DNA from: a virus
Lineage: Duplodnaviria > Caudoviricetes
Virus record (IMG/VR): IMGVR_UViG_3300025009_000122
Coordinates: 1 to 57,942 of that record
Length of the DNA stretch: 57,942 nucleotides
Direction: 5' to 3' (one strand)
In this document: positions 27,584 through 37,458 of the stretch, piece after piece
How the letters are laid out: every line of letters begins with the position of its first letter
Numbering within the stretch: the first letter of the stretch is position 1
Translations under genes and position numbers: made by a program
The notes under the pieces: generated by a model
Told to the model about the DNA's origin: nothing
Seen by the model: only the letters and a program-made list of their open reading frames with translations
The model's database searches: none

Positions 27584-29547
27584 TGGCGACGGACCGCGAT
27601 ATCAAGAAAGACTCCGAAGAGGCTTACAACGCCGGCCAATCCCACTGGCAAACGTATTGGGAAGAGGCCAAAAAGGATATCCAGTTCCGCGAGGGGAATC
27701 AGTGGACGAATCGCGACAAGTTGTATCTCACATCTCAAGACCGCGAGGCGCTCGTCTGGAATAAGACGCACCGGATCGTCAATCTGGTCGCCGGCTACGA
27801 GCAAAAAAACCTTCTCGCTTTGAAGGTGGATCCGGTCGAAGGGGCGGATGAAAGAACCGCCTCTCAGTTTTCCGGCCTTCTCATGTATATCATGATGAGC
27901 GGAGGGGGGCATCTCGCCTCTTCCTCCGCGTTCGAGTTCGGGCCGGTCATCACCGGGATGAATTTAATTGAGCCGTGGGTGGACCGGACGGACGATCTCC
28001 TTAACGGAGACATCAAGTTTCGGCGCCTCCCCTACAACAGATATGTTTTGGACCCATCGTTTCAGGATCGGAACCTCGATACGGATTGCGGGTTCGTCTT
28101 TACGAGGGACTATTTCACCCGCGATCAGATTTACGGAATGCTTCCCGAGCGAAAGAGCGACATCGAAAAGCTCAAGGGGTGCGGGGCGGATGCGAAGTTC
28201 CAGCAATTCTACCCGCTCAAGGGGAAAAACAACGAGTACAACCTGAAATACGACCGCTTCTATGTTCAGACGCACCGCCCTTACCGGATCCTCGCCGACA
28301 CGCAAACCGGGAGAATCGTTCCGATGCCGGATAAAGGAGACCGGAGAGTAGACGAGCTGATCCGGCTTTTCGCGGGGAGATACCCTCAGCTTAAAGTCAT
28401 CAAGGGCATGCGGAAGGGCGTGGACCTGCATCTTTTTGTGGAGGGTGAGCTCATGTATTCGGGGCTCGATCCTTCCGGCCTCGACGAATATCCGTTCGTT
28501 TTAGAGGCGGGTTACTGGACCCCCGAGGACGAAGACCCGAAATACCGGATGCAGGGAGTCGTAAGGTGCTGCCGGGATCCTGGGACAGAGAGCAACCGGC
28601 GCCGCTCGATGGTGCTCGACATGCTCGACGGGGTGATCAGACAAGGGTGGAAGGCGAAGACCGGGAGCGTCGTGAACGAGGAAGAGCTTTATTCCTCAGG
28701 TTCGGCGGTAGTATGGATGGACAAGAACGCAGAAATGGAAGACGCGCAGCGACTGGCTTCCCCCGAGATCCCGCAAGGGCTCTTCCAGGCGATGCAGATC
28801 ATGGATCAGGACCACGACGAGGTGGCCGGGGTCAACTCCGAAATGCTTGGGAGCGCGGAGAACGACGATATCGAAGTCGCCGCCCTTCTCGCCAAGATGC
28901 GTAGCGCCAACGGCCTCACGACGCTTCAAAGCCTTTTCTCTCACCATCGGAACGCAAAAGCGCTTCTCGGGAGAAAGCAGATTCGGCTGATCCAGAAGAA
29001 TTTCACCCCCGCAAAGGTGCAAAGGATTTTGGGGGAGCCGCCGACGCGGGAGTTCTACGAAAGGGATTTCGGGAAATACGATTGCGTTCCGGTCGAAGGG
29101 TTGCTCACGGATACACAGCGCCAGCAGCATTACGCTCAGATTCTCGCCTGGAAGAAGGCGGGGGCTCCGATACCCTGGACGCACGTCATAGACTTTGCCC
29201 CGATCGAGCGAAAGGACAAGCTCAAGGAGGCGGTCGCGGCCGAGGAAAAGGGGCAGGCGCAGGCGGCGAAACAGCAACAGCAGATGGAGCAGCTCGCGGC
29301 TTCGTTGATGAATGCGGATCGTGCTCAAAAGCTTGCGTCTGCCAGAGAGCGCCTCGAGGAAGCGAAAGGGGAGCGTGCCAAAGCCGACCTTGACAGAGCG
29401 AAGATGGTTCGAGAGATGCAAGGGATAGACCTTGAGAATTTTTCAAAGACGCTTGGACTTCTTCAAAATCTTTTGAACATGATCAGGGTCCCACAAGAAT
29501 CACAGCCACAACAGATAGAGAATATGCAACCGATGGGGCAAGCATGA
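27583..29547 (+). CDS. portal protein (P22-like)
   Basis: F.EGNQW..R.ALVWN..VNLVAGYE; C-terminal Gln-rich helical barrel; follows terL. Confidence 0.88.
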   Translation: MATDRDIKKDSEEAYNAGQSHWQTYWEEAKKDIQFREGNQWTNRDKLYLTSQDREALVWNKTHRIVNLVAGYEQKNLLALKVDPVEGADERTASQFSGLLMYIMMSGGGHLASSSAFEFGPVITGMNLIEPWVDRTDDLLNGDIKFRRLPYNRYVLDPSFQDRNLDTDCGFVFTRDYFTRDQIYGMLPERKSDIEKLKGCGADAKFQQFYPLKGKNNEYNLKYDRFYVQTHRPYRILADTQTGRIVPMPDKGDRRVDELIRLFAGRYPQLKVIKGMRKGVDLHLFVEGELMYSGLDPSGLDEYPFVLEAGYWTPEDEDPKYRMQGVVRCCRDPGTESNRRRSMVLDMLDGVIRQGWKAKTGSVVNEEELYSSGSAVVWMDKNAEMEDAQRLASPEIPQGLFQAMQIMDQDHDEVAGVNSEMLGSAENDDIEVAALLAKMRSANGLTTLQSLFSHHRNAKALLGRKQIRLIQKNFTPAKVQRILGEPPTREFYERDFGKYDCVPVEGLLTDTQRQQHYAQILAWKKAGAPIPWTHVIDFAPIERKDKLKEAVAAEEKGQAQAAKQQQQMEQLAASLMNADRAQKLASARERLEEAKGERAKADLDRAKMVREMQGIDLENFSKTLGLLQNLLNMIRVPQESQPQQIENMQPMGQA

Positions 29548-29550
29548 ACT

Positions 29551-29618
29551 CGCGGGATAGGGTAGCTCCCGAAAAGACGGAAATTCCCGCCGTCTTCCCG
29601 CGCATTGAAGAACGGGAA
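29551..29618 (+). ncRNA. candidate three-way-junction/pseudoknot leader RNA
   Basis: CGCGGGA/TCCCGCG closes GGG-TAGCT-CCC and AGACGG/CCGTCT; loop TTCCCG complements CGGGAA at 29613. Confidence 0.55.
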
Positions 29619-29639
29619 ACTGAAAGGGGAAGTCAGAAG

Positions 29640-30398
29640 ATGTCGCAGGTCATCGATTTAATGGGGCAAAAATTCGGAAAGTGGGAAGTCGTGGGATTTG
29701 ATGGGGTCAGAAACCGCAACGCTTTTTGGTTATGCAAATGTTCTTGCGGAAAAATGAAGGTGGTCAGGGCATCGTTGCTGAGGTTCGGTGGGACAAAATC
29801 ATGCGGATGCTATAGTGGAGAAGATTTAAGCGGGAAAATTTTTGGAGATCTGACTGTCATTGGCCGCGAAGGGAGTCGGTGGCTCTGCCGGTGCACATGC
29901 GGCAAGCAGGCGCTGGTTTATGCTGGCAATCTGCGGAAGGGCAACACGAAATCTTGCGGGTGCAAATGGCACTTTAAGCATGGCTACGCGCACACAAAGA
30001 TTTATGCTGTTTGGAGAAGCATGATAGGGAGATGCACAAACGCAAGCCTGGAAGTATATCCGCACTATGGGGGGCGAGGAATTCAAGTCTGCGAAGAATG
30101 GATGAAGTTCGAAGCATTTTTGAGAGATATGGGCGACCGGCCTTTCTCGGGTGCTCAGATTGACCGAATCGACAACAACGGCCACTACAGCAAAGATAAT
30201 TGCAGATGGGCTTCGAGGCATCAACAAATGCGGAACACCCGGAAGGTGCGCAACATCACGATAAATGGTGTTACGAAATGTCTCAGCGACTGGGCGCAGG
30301 CTTACGGGGTAAATTACAATACGATTCGGAAAAGAATCATGACCGGTATGTCCCCGGTTGAAGCTATTACGAAACCAAGGGTGGCCAGATGCAGATAA
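29640..30398 (+). CDS. free-standing HNH homing endonuclease
   Basis: Two DL.G..FG..WLC.C.CG..TKSCGC repeats, YGGRGI, IDRIDNNG.Y...NCRWA. Confidence 0.88.
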   Translation: MSQVIDLMGQKFGKWEVVGFDGVRNRNAFWLCKCSCGKMKVVRASLLRFGGTKSCGCYSGEDLSGKIFGDLTVIGREGSRWLCRCTCGKQALVYAGNLRKGNTKSCGCKWHFKHGYAHTKIYAVWRSMIGRCTNASLEVYPHYGGRGIQVCEEWMKFEAFLRDMGDRPFSGAQIDRIDNNGHYSKDNCRWASRHQQMRNTRKVRNITINGVTKCLSDWAQAYGVNYNTIRKRIMTGMSPVEAITKPRVARCR

Positions 30399-30823
30399 TC
30401 ATAAAAAAGCTGCATAAGGCTTTGGATGTTCTTCCCAGCACCCTGACGTTCGGAGATTGCAGAACACAGATGAAAGCCGACCTTCTAAAGAGCCTTGAGG
30501 AGATTCTCAACCGCAAGGCGAATTACGGACAGGTCTATTTTATTCTGGTTTATGCGCACGTCGATCCGGCGATTCCTGGTGGCAGGGCAATTAAGGAGAG
30601 AATCCTGATACTGCCCGAAAAACCACAAAGACTCTTGGGAACGATATGCTTCCGCATTGATCCTGTTGGTGGAGACGCTACGATTGAGTGGGTTTTGCCC
30701 CTCGATATCCCGACCCCGGCCATTTTGCACACGGAGGCCGGGAACCATCGCAGGGTACAGGGAGCGGCGACGATCATGGAAAGCGTTAAGGGGATGCCGA
30801 TTATCAATAGGGGGATGAATTGA
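30389..30823 (+). CDS. hypothetical protein
   Basis: 144-aa ORF in late operon. Confidence 0.6.
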   Translation: MQIIIKKLHKALDVLPSTLTFGDCRTQMKADLLKSLEEILNRKANYGQVYFILVYAHVDPAIPGGRAIKERILILPEKPQRLLGTICFRIDPVGGDATIEWVLPLDIPTPAILHTEAGNHRRVQGAATIMESVKGMPIINRGMN

Positions 30824-31043
30824 CTGAACCCCAACTTTCAGCCCTGATCGCACGTATCGAGAAGGCATGCGAGGAAACCGGGGCGCATTGCAAGATCACG
30901 ATCGAGAAGAAGCCGAGGCTTGAGCACGTTCATATCGAGATCAACGCCAAGGTGGACGCGGGTTCAGCAGGGAAACGCTGATAAAAATCTGAGCAGTAAG
31001 ACGAGCACTTGAAAGCCGCCTCATAGGGAGGCGAGCATTATCG

Positions 31044-31089
31044 AGGCCGATTGACCGGGTGACACCGGACAGTCGGCCTTTTTTGTTTT
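31044..31089 (+). terminator. intrinsic terminator
   Basis: AGGCCGATTG..CAGTCGGCCT stem followed by a T tract. Confidence 0.7.
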
Positions 31090-31208
31090 AAAGGCGCGGC
31101 CGGCCAGTACCCCCACTTCGAACGGGCTCTAGTCTCAAAGCCGAAAGCTTAAGAGACACAACCTGCGGCCGAGGTGAGGAGGGGGGAATCGGGCTTTAAA
31201 GGTGGAAC

Positions 31209-31904
31209 ATGGAAGACACCACAACGGGCGTAACGGCTCCCGCCGCCGGGGGGCAGAGTGAGGCACCAAGCGAAGCACCTGCAACGAACGTGACAGTTCC
31301 GCTGCATGTGGTTCAGACGGTCCGTCAGGAACTCGCGAGCGAGAAAGCGGCGAGAGCGGATGTCGAACAGAGACTTCAGCTCTTCATGATGCAGGGGCAG
31401 CAGCAACCGCCTCAGCAGCAGGCGCCGCCTCCGGAAGATCCCTTGGCCGGGATGCAAGACGACGAGCTGATCAACGTGAAAGACCTGAGAAAGCTCGTTT
31501 CTAACATGCGGCCGGGAATCACCCCCGAGATCCAGACGACCATAGCGAAGTTGGAGGCGAAGGTACAGGACCCGAACTACGAGGCAACCATCAGAACCTA
31601 TTTACCCGACATGATTACCGCTCAACCGACCTTGCGCGACATGATCGCTCGGGCTCCGAATCCGCTTCACGCGGCGCTCACGGTGGCCAAGATGTCTCCG
31701 AAGTACCAGGAGGCGCAAAAGCAGCCGAACGCGCCGAGGGCCGACATTTTAAACGATCTGCAAAGAATCATCGAGAACGCGACGAAACCCATGTCGCCCG
31801 GGTCAATGGGCGGCGGGGGGGCGGTCGCGGGGCATGATCGGTTCCGAACGATGTCGGATCAGGACTTCGAGGCCGAGGTTCAGCGCGTTTTGTCGGGGCG
31901 GTAA
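31209..31904 (+). CDS. capsid scaffolding protein
   Basis: Low-complexity/coiled coil, VPL..RQE, C-terminal MSDQDF; immediately before the capsid gene. Confidence 0.75.
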   Translation: MEDTTTGVTAPAAGGQSEAPSEAPATNVTVPLHVVQTVRQELASEKAARADVEQRLQLFMMQGQQQPPQQQAPPPEDPLAGMQDDELINVKDLRKLVSNMRPGITPEIQTTIAKLEAKVQDPNYEATIRTYLPDMITAQPTLRDMIARAPNPLHAALTVAKMSPKYQEAQKQPNAPRADILNDLQRIIENATKPMSPGSMGGGGAVAGHDRFRTMSDQDFEAEVQRVLSGR

Positions 31905-31919
31905 GAAAGGATACGACAA

Positions 31920-32861
31920 ATGCCCGATGTGGTAACCACCTCGACCCAGGTTCCGCCTGGACTCGACACGTTTTACGACCGAGTGATTTTGCGGTCGGCC
32001 ATGCCGCGCCTCGTCCATCTCAAATGGGCGCAGGAGGCGATGCTCGACCAGAAGAGCGGGACCATCTACAAATGGCACCGCTACGATGACCTCACCGACG
32101 CCACGACTCCCCTTCCGGAGGGAACCGACCCGGACGCGCAGGCGCTTTCGAACATCAGTTTGACGGCGCAGATCGCCTGGTACGGAACCTACGTCAAGAT
32201 CACGGATGTCGTGGACCTCACCAATCAGGACCCGGTTTTGACCCGGATCGCTTCGGAGAAACTCGGGCGAAACGAGGGGAGAACCTTCGACACCCTGATG
32301 CGGGACATTCTCGCCGCCACCGCCTCCCAGATCAATGCCTCCGGAGGAGTGAACGGCAACACCCCGACCGAGATCACCCGCGCCGACATCGATGTCGTGG
32401 TCGAAACGCTCCTCGGGAACGATGCCGATTTTGTTGCCCCCGCGATCAAGGCCGGAACCGGCCAGGGGACGATGCCGATCCGCGCCGCCTTCTGGGGGAT
32501 CATCAAGAGCACCATCGTCATGGACCTCGAAGCCTGCGTAGGTTTCACGGGGGTTCAGGGCTACTCCGCACAGATGGGAGTGGACGACGCCGAGTGGGGA
32601 GCGGTCGGAAACGTCCGGTTCCTTCACTCCTCGAACGCGAAACAGTCGGCAGACGCAACGCCGATCTACCCCGTTCCGATCATCGGGAAGGACGCCTACG
32701 GGACGGTGAATCTCGGCAAAACCAAGAACGTCGTGAAGGGGTTCGATACGGCAGGCAGCCCGCTCAACCGGTACGCCACCTCAGGGTGGATTGCGCCGTG
32801 GGCCGGCCGGATCCTGAACGACCTTTTCATGCTTCAGCTCCGCGTAACGGCGGCGGTTTAA
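31920..32861 (+). CDS. major capsid protein (N4-gp56 family)
   Basis: FYDR..TPLPEGTDP..YGTYVKITDVVDLT.QDPVL..EWGAVGNVRF..PLN..TSGW..ILND. Confidence 0.88.
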   Translation: MPDVVTTSTQVPPGLDTFYDRVILRSAMPRLVHLKWAQEAMLDQKSGTIYKWHRYDDLTDATTPLPEGTDPDAQALSNISLTAQIAWYGTYVKITDVVDLTNQDPVLTRIASEKLGRNEGRTFDTLMRDILAATASQINASGGVNGNTPTEITRADIDVVVETLLGNDADFVAPAIKAGTGQGTMPIRAAFWGIIKSTIVMDLEACVGFTGVQGYSAQMGVDDAEWGAVGNVRFLHSSNAKQSADATPIYPVPIIGKDAYGTVNLGKTKNVVKGFDTAGSPLNRYATSGWIAPWAGRILNDLFMLQLRVTAAV

Positions 32862-32875
32862 GGAGGGGGTGAGAA

Positions 32876-33565
32876 ATGGGACAGATTAAAACCGGAAAAT
32901 TCATCTCCACCGGCGGAATCGTCAACGTAAACCTGGGATTCATCCCGGCCTACGCGCGGTTTCTCAACGCGATGGCGGCAGCCGACGAAGTCGCCGTTCT
33001 CGAGTATTTCAACAAGGCGGGGGACGCTTCGGAGTTCTGGCACTACGCCGCGAACGCGGCCGGTGCGGTCGCCGCCGTCATCACCAAAAAAAGCGCCGAC
33101 GGGTACGTGTCGGAATACGACACGGTAGCCATCGGGAATCAGCGATCGGTTACGATGGACGCCACCGGTGGAGCCGCGGAAAACCTCCTGACCTGCACGA
33201 ACGCAGCGCACGTTCCGAAGAACGGGGACGTTCTGAAGTTCGTCGAAGGGAACAGCGACATCGCGGCCGGTGTGAGCAAGTTGCTCAACTATTACGTCAT
33301 CGATTCCGAGGTTTACGGCGCAGGGACGTTCCGTATTTCGAGAGTTGCTCCCGACACCGGTGCCGCCCAGACCGTCCATGCCCTCACCGACGATGGAACG
33401 GCCCCGAATTATTTCATCAACGTGAGCAACCCGGGAGTCGCCGATGTCGTCGGCGGGAAGGGCGTTTCCCTTTCTGCCTCCTTCTCGGACGACAGCGACG
33501 TGATCTATTACGTCGCCATCGAAGCCGACAGGGATCAGGACCTTGGAGATTCCGCCAACTGGTAA
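32876..33565 (+). CDS. probable capsid decoration protein
   Basis: GGAGG RBS; VNLGFIPAY; follows capsid gene and is followed by a GC hairpin (33573-33596). Confidence 0.55.
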   Translation: MGQIKTGKFISTGGIVNVNLGFIPAYARFLNAMAAADEVAVLEYFNKAGDASEFWHYAANAAGAVAAVITKKSADGYVSEYDTVAIGNQRSVTMDATGGAAENLLTCTNAAHVPKNGDVLKFVEGNSDIAAGVSKLLNYYVIDSEVYGAGTFRISRVAPDTGAAQTVHALTDDGTAPNYFINVSNPGVADVVGGKGVSLSASFSDDSDVIYYVAIEADRDQDLGDSANW

Positions 33566-33616
33566 ACCAAACGCCGGGGGGAGAGATCCCCCCGGCCCTC
33601 CGAAAGAGGCGATTAA

Positions 33617-34075
33617 ATGAATGAGAGAGAAAAAGACCAGCTTTCGAGTGAGCGAAAAAGAATCATAAAGCATCGAGTCGAAAGCTCGAAGCTTGTCGAT
33701 CCGATGGTAGAGGTCAGGTTCCAGAACATCGAGGACCCGGGCTCTGCCGGAAAACCCTCTCCCCCGCTCAACTTCGTATACGAGAACTACGTATTCAAGG
33801 AGAGCCGGAGAGAAGGAGAGCCCGATACCGCATTGCGGCACGGCCACACGTATAAACTCCCCCTTTCCGTGGTGGAGCATCTCAATTCCCTCAAGGTCCC
33901 CGTGTACGCGCACACCATCGACCCGAAGACTAAAGCCCTCATGAGCGTAGAGGCGGGACATAACAACCGCTTCTCGTGCGTTCCCGTGAACATGGGAGAT
34001 TTCAAGGCGGTCGAGGGGGCGGGGGATGTTCAGATGAGACGCCCCGGGAAAAAACAGGCGGCCGCGGCCGCGTAA
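33617..34075 (+). CDS. hypothetical virion-module protein
   Basis: Y.LPLSVVEHLN..RFSC. Confidence 0.7.
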   Translation: MNEREKDQLSSERKRIIKHRVESSKLVDPMVEVRFQNIEDPGSAGKPSPPLNFVYENYVFKESRREGEPDTALRHGHTYKLPLSVVEHLNSLKVPVYAHTIDPKTKALMSVEAGHNNRFSCVPVNMGDFKAVEGAGDVQMRRPGKKQAAAAA

Positions 34076-34087
34076 GGAGAAAGATAG

Positions 34088-34969
34088 ATGGGAACCGGCA
34101 AACGAATTACCTTCGAAGCCATCAACGACCCGATGCAGCTCGTAAGACTGCTCAACGCCTTCGATACCGAAATGGATGCGGTCCGGACTCTGGCGAACGA
34201 GCTTCGGACCGATCACGCGACCTTTAAGACCCAGGCCGATGCGGTCGAAACCCTGATCGAAGAATTGCACGACGATCACGCGACTCAAAAGACTTCCCAT
34301 GACGCGGTGGAGGTTTTGATCGAGGAGATACACGACGACCACGCGACGTTCAAAACGGTGGTCGATGACCTCAAAACCCTCGGGAACGCTCTGCGGACGT
34401 ATATGAACGATGGCCTTCTCGTTCACGGGGCGCTTGCCATTTCCGGGGTCGCTGCCGAGAAGTTCAAGACCACGGCGACGGCGGTCTATACCATCAACGG
34501 TGTGACCTACACGAAGGCGGCGACCGACAACCTCACCTTTACGGCGGCGCACGAGATCACGGCGAGTAAGTTCGGGATCATTCTCATCCAGATCGATGCG
34601 GCCGGAACGATTTCAACAAAGGTTCCCGGCGCGCTCCAGGCATACGACAGCGCGGCGCTCGCTCTTGCGGCACTCCCCGCCGTCGACGCTTCGAATGTCG
34701 CGCTCGGCTACATTGCCATCGCGAACATCGCATCCACCTGGACGGCGAACACGGACGACCTGACCGATGCCTCCGATGTCACGACCGCCGCTTTCAGCAA
34801 CACGGCGATCAAGGCGATTCCTTCGGCGGTTGCGACCTCTTCACCTGCAACCCTTACCGCTCCGAAACCTGCCTCCGGCCCTGCGACCCTGACGGCGGCA
34901 AAACCGGCCTCGGCGCCTGCGACCTTGGCGGCGGCTGCGATAACCGAGCAAGTCCTGAAGACGAGGTAG
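34088..34969 (+). CDS. structural protein with 21-aa and 12-aa repeats
   Basis: E(L/I)xxDHATxKT x3; PATLTAxKPAS x2-3. Confidence 0.75.
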   Translation: MGTGKRITFEAINDPMQLVRLLNAFDTEMDAVRTLANELRTDHATFKTQADAVETLIEELHDDHATQKTSHDAVEVLIEEIHDDHATFKTVVDDLKTLGNALRTYMNDGLLVHGALAISGVAAEKFKTTATAVYTINGVTYTKAATDNLTFTAAHEITASKFGIILIQIDAAGTISTKVPGALQAYDSAALALAALPAVDASNVALGYIAIANIASTWTANTDDLTDASDVTTAAFSNTAIKAIPSAVATSSPATLTAPKPASGPATLTAAKPASAPATLAAAAITEQVLKTR

Positions 34970-34979
34970 CGGAGGCCCT

Positions 34980-35603
34980 ATGGCCTGGACAGTCGCGCAA
35001 ATCATATCGAAATTCCGGGATCTGACGGGGCGTAAAAGCGTCAATCAGATCTCGGATGCCGATATCCTGATTGAGATCAACCATTTCTATCAGGAAGTCT
35101 TTCCGATAGAAGCGGGAATCCCCGAGTTTAAAGGGTGGTACACGTTCAATACGGTGGCGAGCACGGGTTCCCAGGCGCTCCCAGATACCGTCCTGAGCGT
35201 CACCTTTCCTGCTTACGTTGACGATGAAGAGGTAACCATCTGGACGGATACACAGAGGTTTTACGAGGAATACCCGCACGACTACGCCACCGAGAATCTC
35301 CCGACCGATATTCTCCTTTTAGACCGGACGCTTATCTTGAGGCCGATTCCGGATGACGTTTACGAAGCGAGGCTTCGAAAGACGAGCAGCATTCCGGACG
35401 CGCTCGTTACCGGGGAGATCGATAATCCTTTGTGGGGGCGAGCGATCGCCTACGGGTCTGCGATCACGTTTCTATCCGATAAGGGGGAAAAGGAGATCGC
35501 CGGAGAACACGAGCCGATTTATCTCTATCATCTCGGGTTGATCCGGAAAGGAATCATTTTGCAGGCTCCGACCGGGAAGCGGCCGAGAAGCGGGAGGTTT
35601 TAA
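34980..35603 (+). CDS. probable head-tail adaptor (tail tubular protein A-like)
   Basis: Size, position, LILRPIPDDVY motif. Confidence 0.6.
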   Translation: MAWTVAQIISKFRDLTGRKSVNQISDADILIEINHFYQEVFPIEAGIPEFKGWYTFNTVASTGSQALPDTVLSVTFPAYVDDEEVTIWTDTQRFYEEYPHDYATENLPTDILLLDRTLILRPIPDDVYEARLRKTSSIPDALVTGEIDNPLWGRAIAYGSAITFLSDKGEKEIAGEHEPIYLYHLGLIRKGIILQAPTGKRPRSGRF

Positions 35604-36380
35604 ATGGCGTGGGATAAGGATAAGCCTGCGGGAAGCCAGAAGGTAAGACTCTCCGACGATGATATCAGAGAGAATAACGATTGCCTCGAAGACGCGCTTT
35701 CGAGGGATCACGAGTTCCCTGGAACAAAAAGCTCGACGGCCGGGATGCACAACACCATCCAGTTGCGCGATCCAGGAAGCGACCCGGCGGCGCACGCTAC
35801 GGCTGTAAAAATAGTGAATCGGGCCGGGGTTGTCAAAACCATTGCCCCCGGAGGCGCCCTTAAAACCATCGCCCACCTTACGGACGTTCAGGGGGTTTTG
35901 AACGCTCCTGCCGGGACCGTGATGATCTTCGGGCAGAACTTCGCTCCGACCGGCTGGACCCGTAAGGCCGACTGGACGGATAACGCCATGCTTTGCTATG
36001 CCGCGAGCGGGAATGTCGCGACCGGCGGAGCGGTGAACCCCCAGGGCGCTCATACTCACACCGGTCCATCGCACGAGCATACCGGCCCTTCGCACGAACA
36101 TAGCGGCCCGAGCCATGATCATGATCAAGCGTATGGCGCGGGTGTCGCTGGAAGCGGCGCGTACGCGGTTGGAATGGAAAACTCTCCAACCGGCGGGCTT
36201 GTCGCTTACGGACCAGGAAGCGCGAACACCTATTATCCGGCGACCGGGAAAACGCTTGCCGCCGGAACCGGAAATACCGGAGCTTCCGGAACCGGCAACA
36301 CTGGATCTGCCGGCACCGGTGCGACCGGAGCAAACTCCGCGCCCTTTTTCCAGGAAGTGATTGCATGTTCGAAGGACTAG
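35604..36380 (+). CDS. short tail fibre with HxH needle repeats
   Basis: PAGTVMIF..APTGW collar; HTH/HEH/HEH/HDH 7-aa repeats; GTGNTG repeats. Confidence 0.75.
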   Translation: MAWDKDKPAGSQKVRLSDDDIRENNDCLEDALSRDHEFPGTKSSTAGMHNTIQLRDPGSDPAAHATAVKIVNRAGVVKTIAPGGALKTIAHLTDVQGVLNAPAGTVMIFGQNFAPTGWTRKADWTDNAMLCYAASGNVATGGAVNPQGAHTHTGPSHEHTGPSHEHSGPSHDHDQAYGAGVAGSGAYAVGMENSPTGGLVAYGPGSANTYYPATGKTLAAGTGNTGASGTGNTGSAGTGATGANSAPFFQEVIACSKD

Positions 36381-37105
36381 CCCAATCCAATGATTTGTCC
36401 ACAGATAGCACAAAAGTCTTTTGTGCTTGCGGGTGCGGTGGCATCAGGGACAGATTTGATAAGAACGGTAACGAGCGCAGGTATATTCAAGGCCATGCCA
36501 GAAGGGGCATGAAAAATACTCCTGAAGCAATTCGTAAGATCGTGCTGGCAAGAACTGGAATGAACTTTACCGAGGAACACCGCAGGCATATTTCAGAGTC
36601 CCACAAAGGGCAGAGGCCCTGGAATGCAGGCACAAAAGGCGTTTGTAAGGCTTGGAATAAAGGTTTAAAACTTCCACACCTAAGTGGAGAAAATAGCTCA
36701 AGGTACAGGCACGGCCTCTCCAACGCGCAAGAATACAATAACGAGTTACGCAGAAGGGCGCAAAAGAACAACGACCCAAGGGCTGTCTATTCCAGGCTAA
36801 AATCACACTTGAAGCGCAAGAGCGCCGTCCTTGATTGGCCCCGTGAAGACTTTATTGAGTGGTATAAAAGCGCCCCTTTAATCTGCGTGTATTGCGGAAT
36901 AGAGGTTAAGAAATACGCAGGATCGAGTGGGCCAAAAAGGGACGCTATTTCGATTGACAGGAAAGACCCAAAGGGTCCGTATTCACGGGACAACTGCGCC
37001 ATATCGTGCATGAAATGCAACATCGTAAAAAACGATGTTCTTACATATGAGCAGATGAAGAACATAGTCGGTCCTCTTTTAAAAATTAACAGGGAGTCTT
37101 CCTAA
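36365..37105 (+). CDS. NUMOD3/HNH-type homing endonuclease
   Basis: CACGCG, TEEHRRHISESHKG, PWN.G, CVYCG..IDRKD..Y..DNC..CMKCN..K; AT-richer than flanks; start uncertain. Confidence 0.8.
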   Translation: MFEGLAQSNDLSTDSTKVFCACGCGGIRDRFDKNGNERRYIQGHARRGMKNTPEAIRKIVLARTGMNFTEEHRRHISESHKGQRPWNAGTKGVCKAWNKGLKLPHLSGENSSRYRHGLSNAQEYNNELRRRAQKNNDPRAVYSRLKSHLKRKSAVLDWPREDFIEWYKSAPLICVYCGIEVKKYAGSSGPKRDAISIDRKDPKGPYSRDNCAISCMKCNIVKNDVLTYEQMKNIVGPLLKINRESS

Positions 37106-37458
37106 TGAAAAAACCTCCATGCATAAGAGGACTGAAAGCGTTCAAAGGTGGGTGTCCCCAAAGACCATGGGACGGCGAATCTGGGTGCCCCGCGTGGGTC
37201 GAGCTCCTTGTCACTCCGAAAGGAGAGCCGAATAAGCCGAAGGATAAGGTCGGAAAGTGCATCGACCATTGGAATCTTGAGCTGACGTTGACTTCTCTCG
37301 GGCTGCTCGAAGGAAATCAAAGGGCTATCGAGACTTTCCGGAATAACATGACGGTCGAAGGATCTCCGAAGCCAGACCCGGCCATCGTTCAAATGATCGG
37401 GATGATGGAGCAAAGACAACAGTTTATCGCGTGGAAGAAGGCTGAAAATGGCGTATGA
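37105..37458 (+). CDS. Cys-containing tail-region protein (possible fibre chaperone)
   Basis: GCPAWVEL..CIDHW; position after the fibre gene. Confidence 0.6.
   Translation: MKKPPCIRGLKAFKGGCPQRPWDGESGCPAWVELLVTPKGEPNKPKDKVGKCIDHWNLELTLTSLGLLEGNQRAIETFRNNMTVEGSPKPDPAIVQMIGMMEQRQQFIAWKKAENGV

Noticed and set aside
32858-34552. 564-aa minus-strand ORF and similar long antisense ORFs (4901-5818, 31803-32627, 35472-36413)
   Set aside because: Shadows of GC3-rich real genes, with no motifs or RBS
29544-37105. Group I introns or inteins hosting the two HNH genes
   Set aside because: Both sit between intact genes; no intron core or intein motifs recognised
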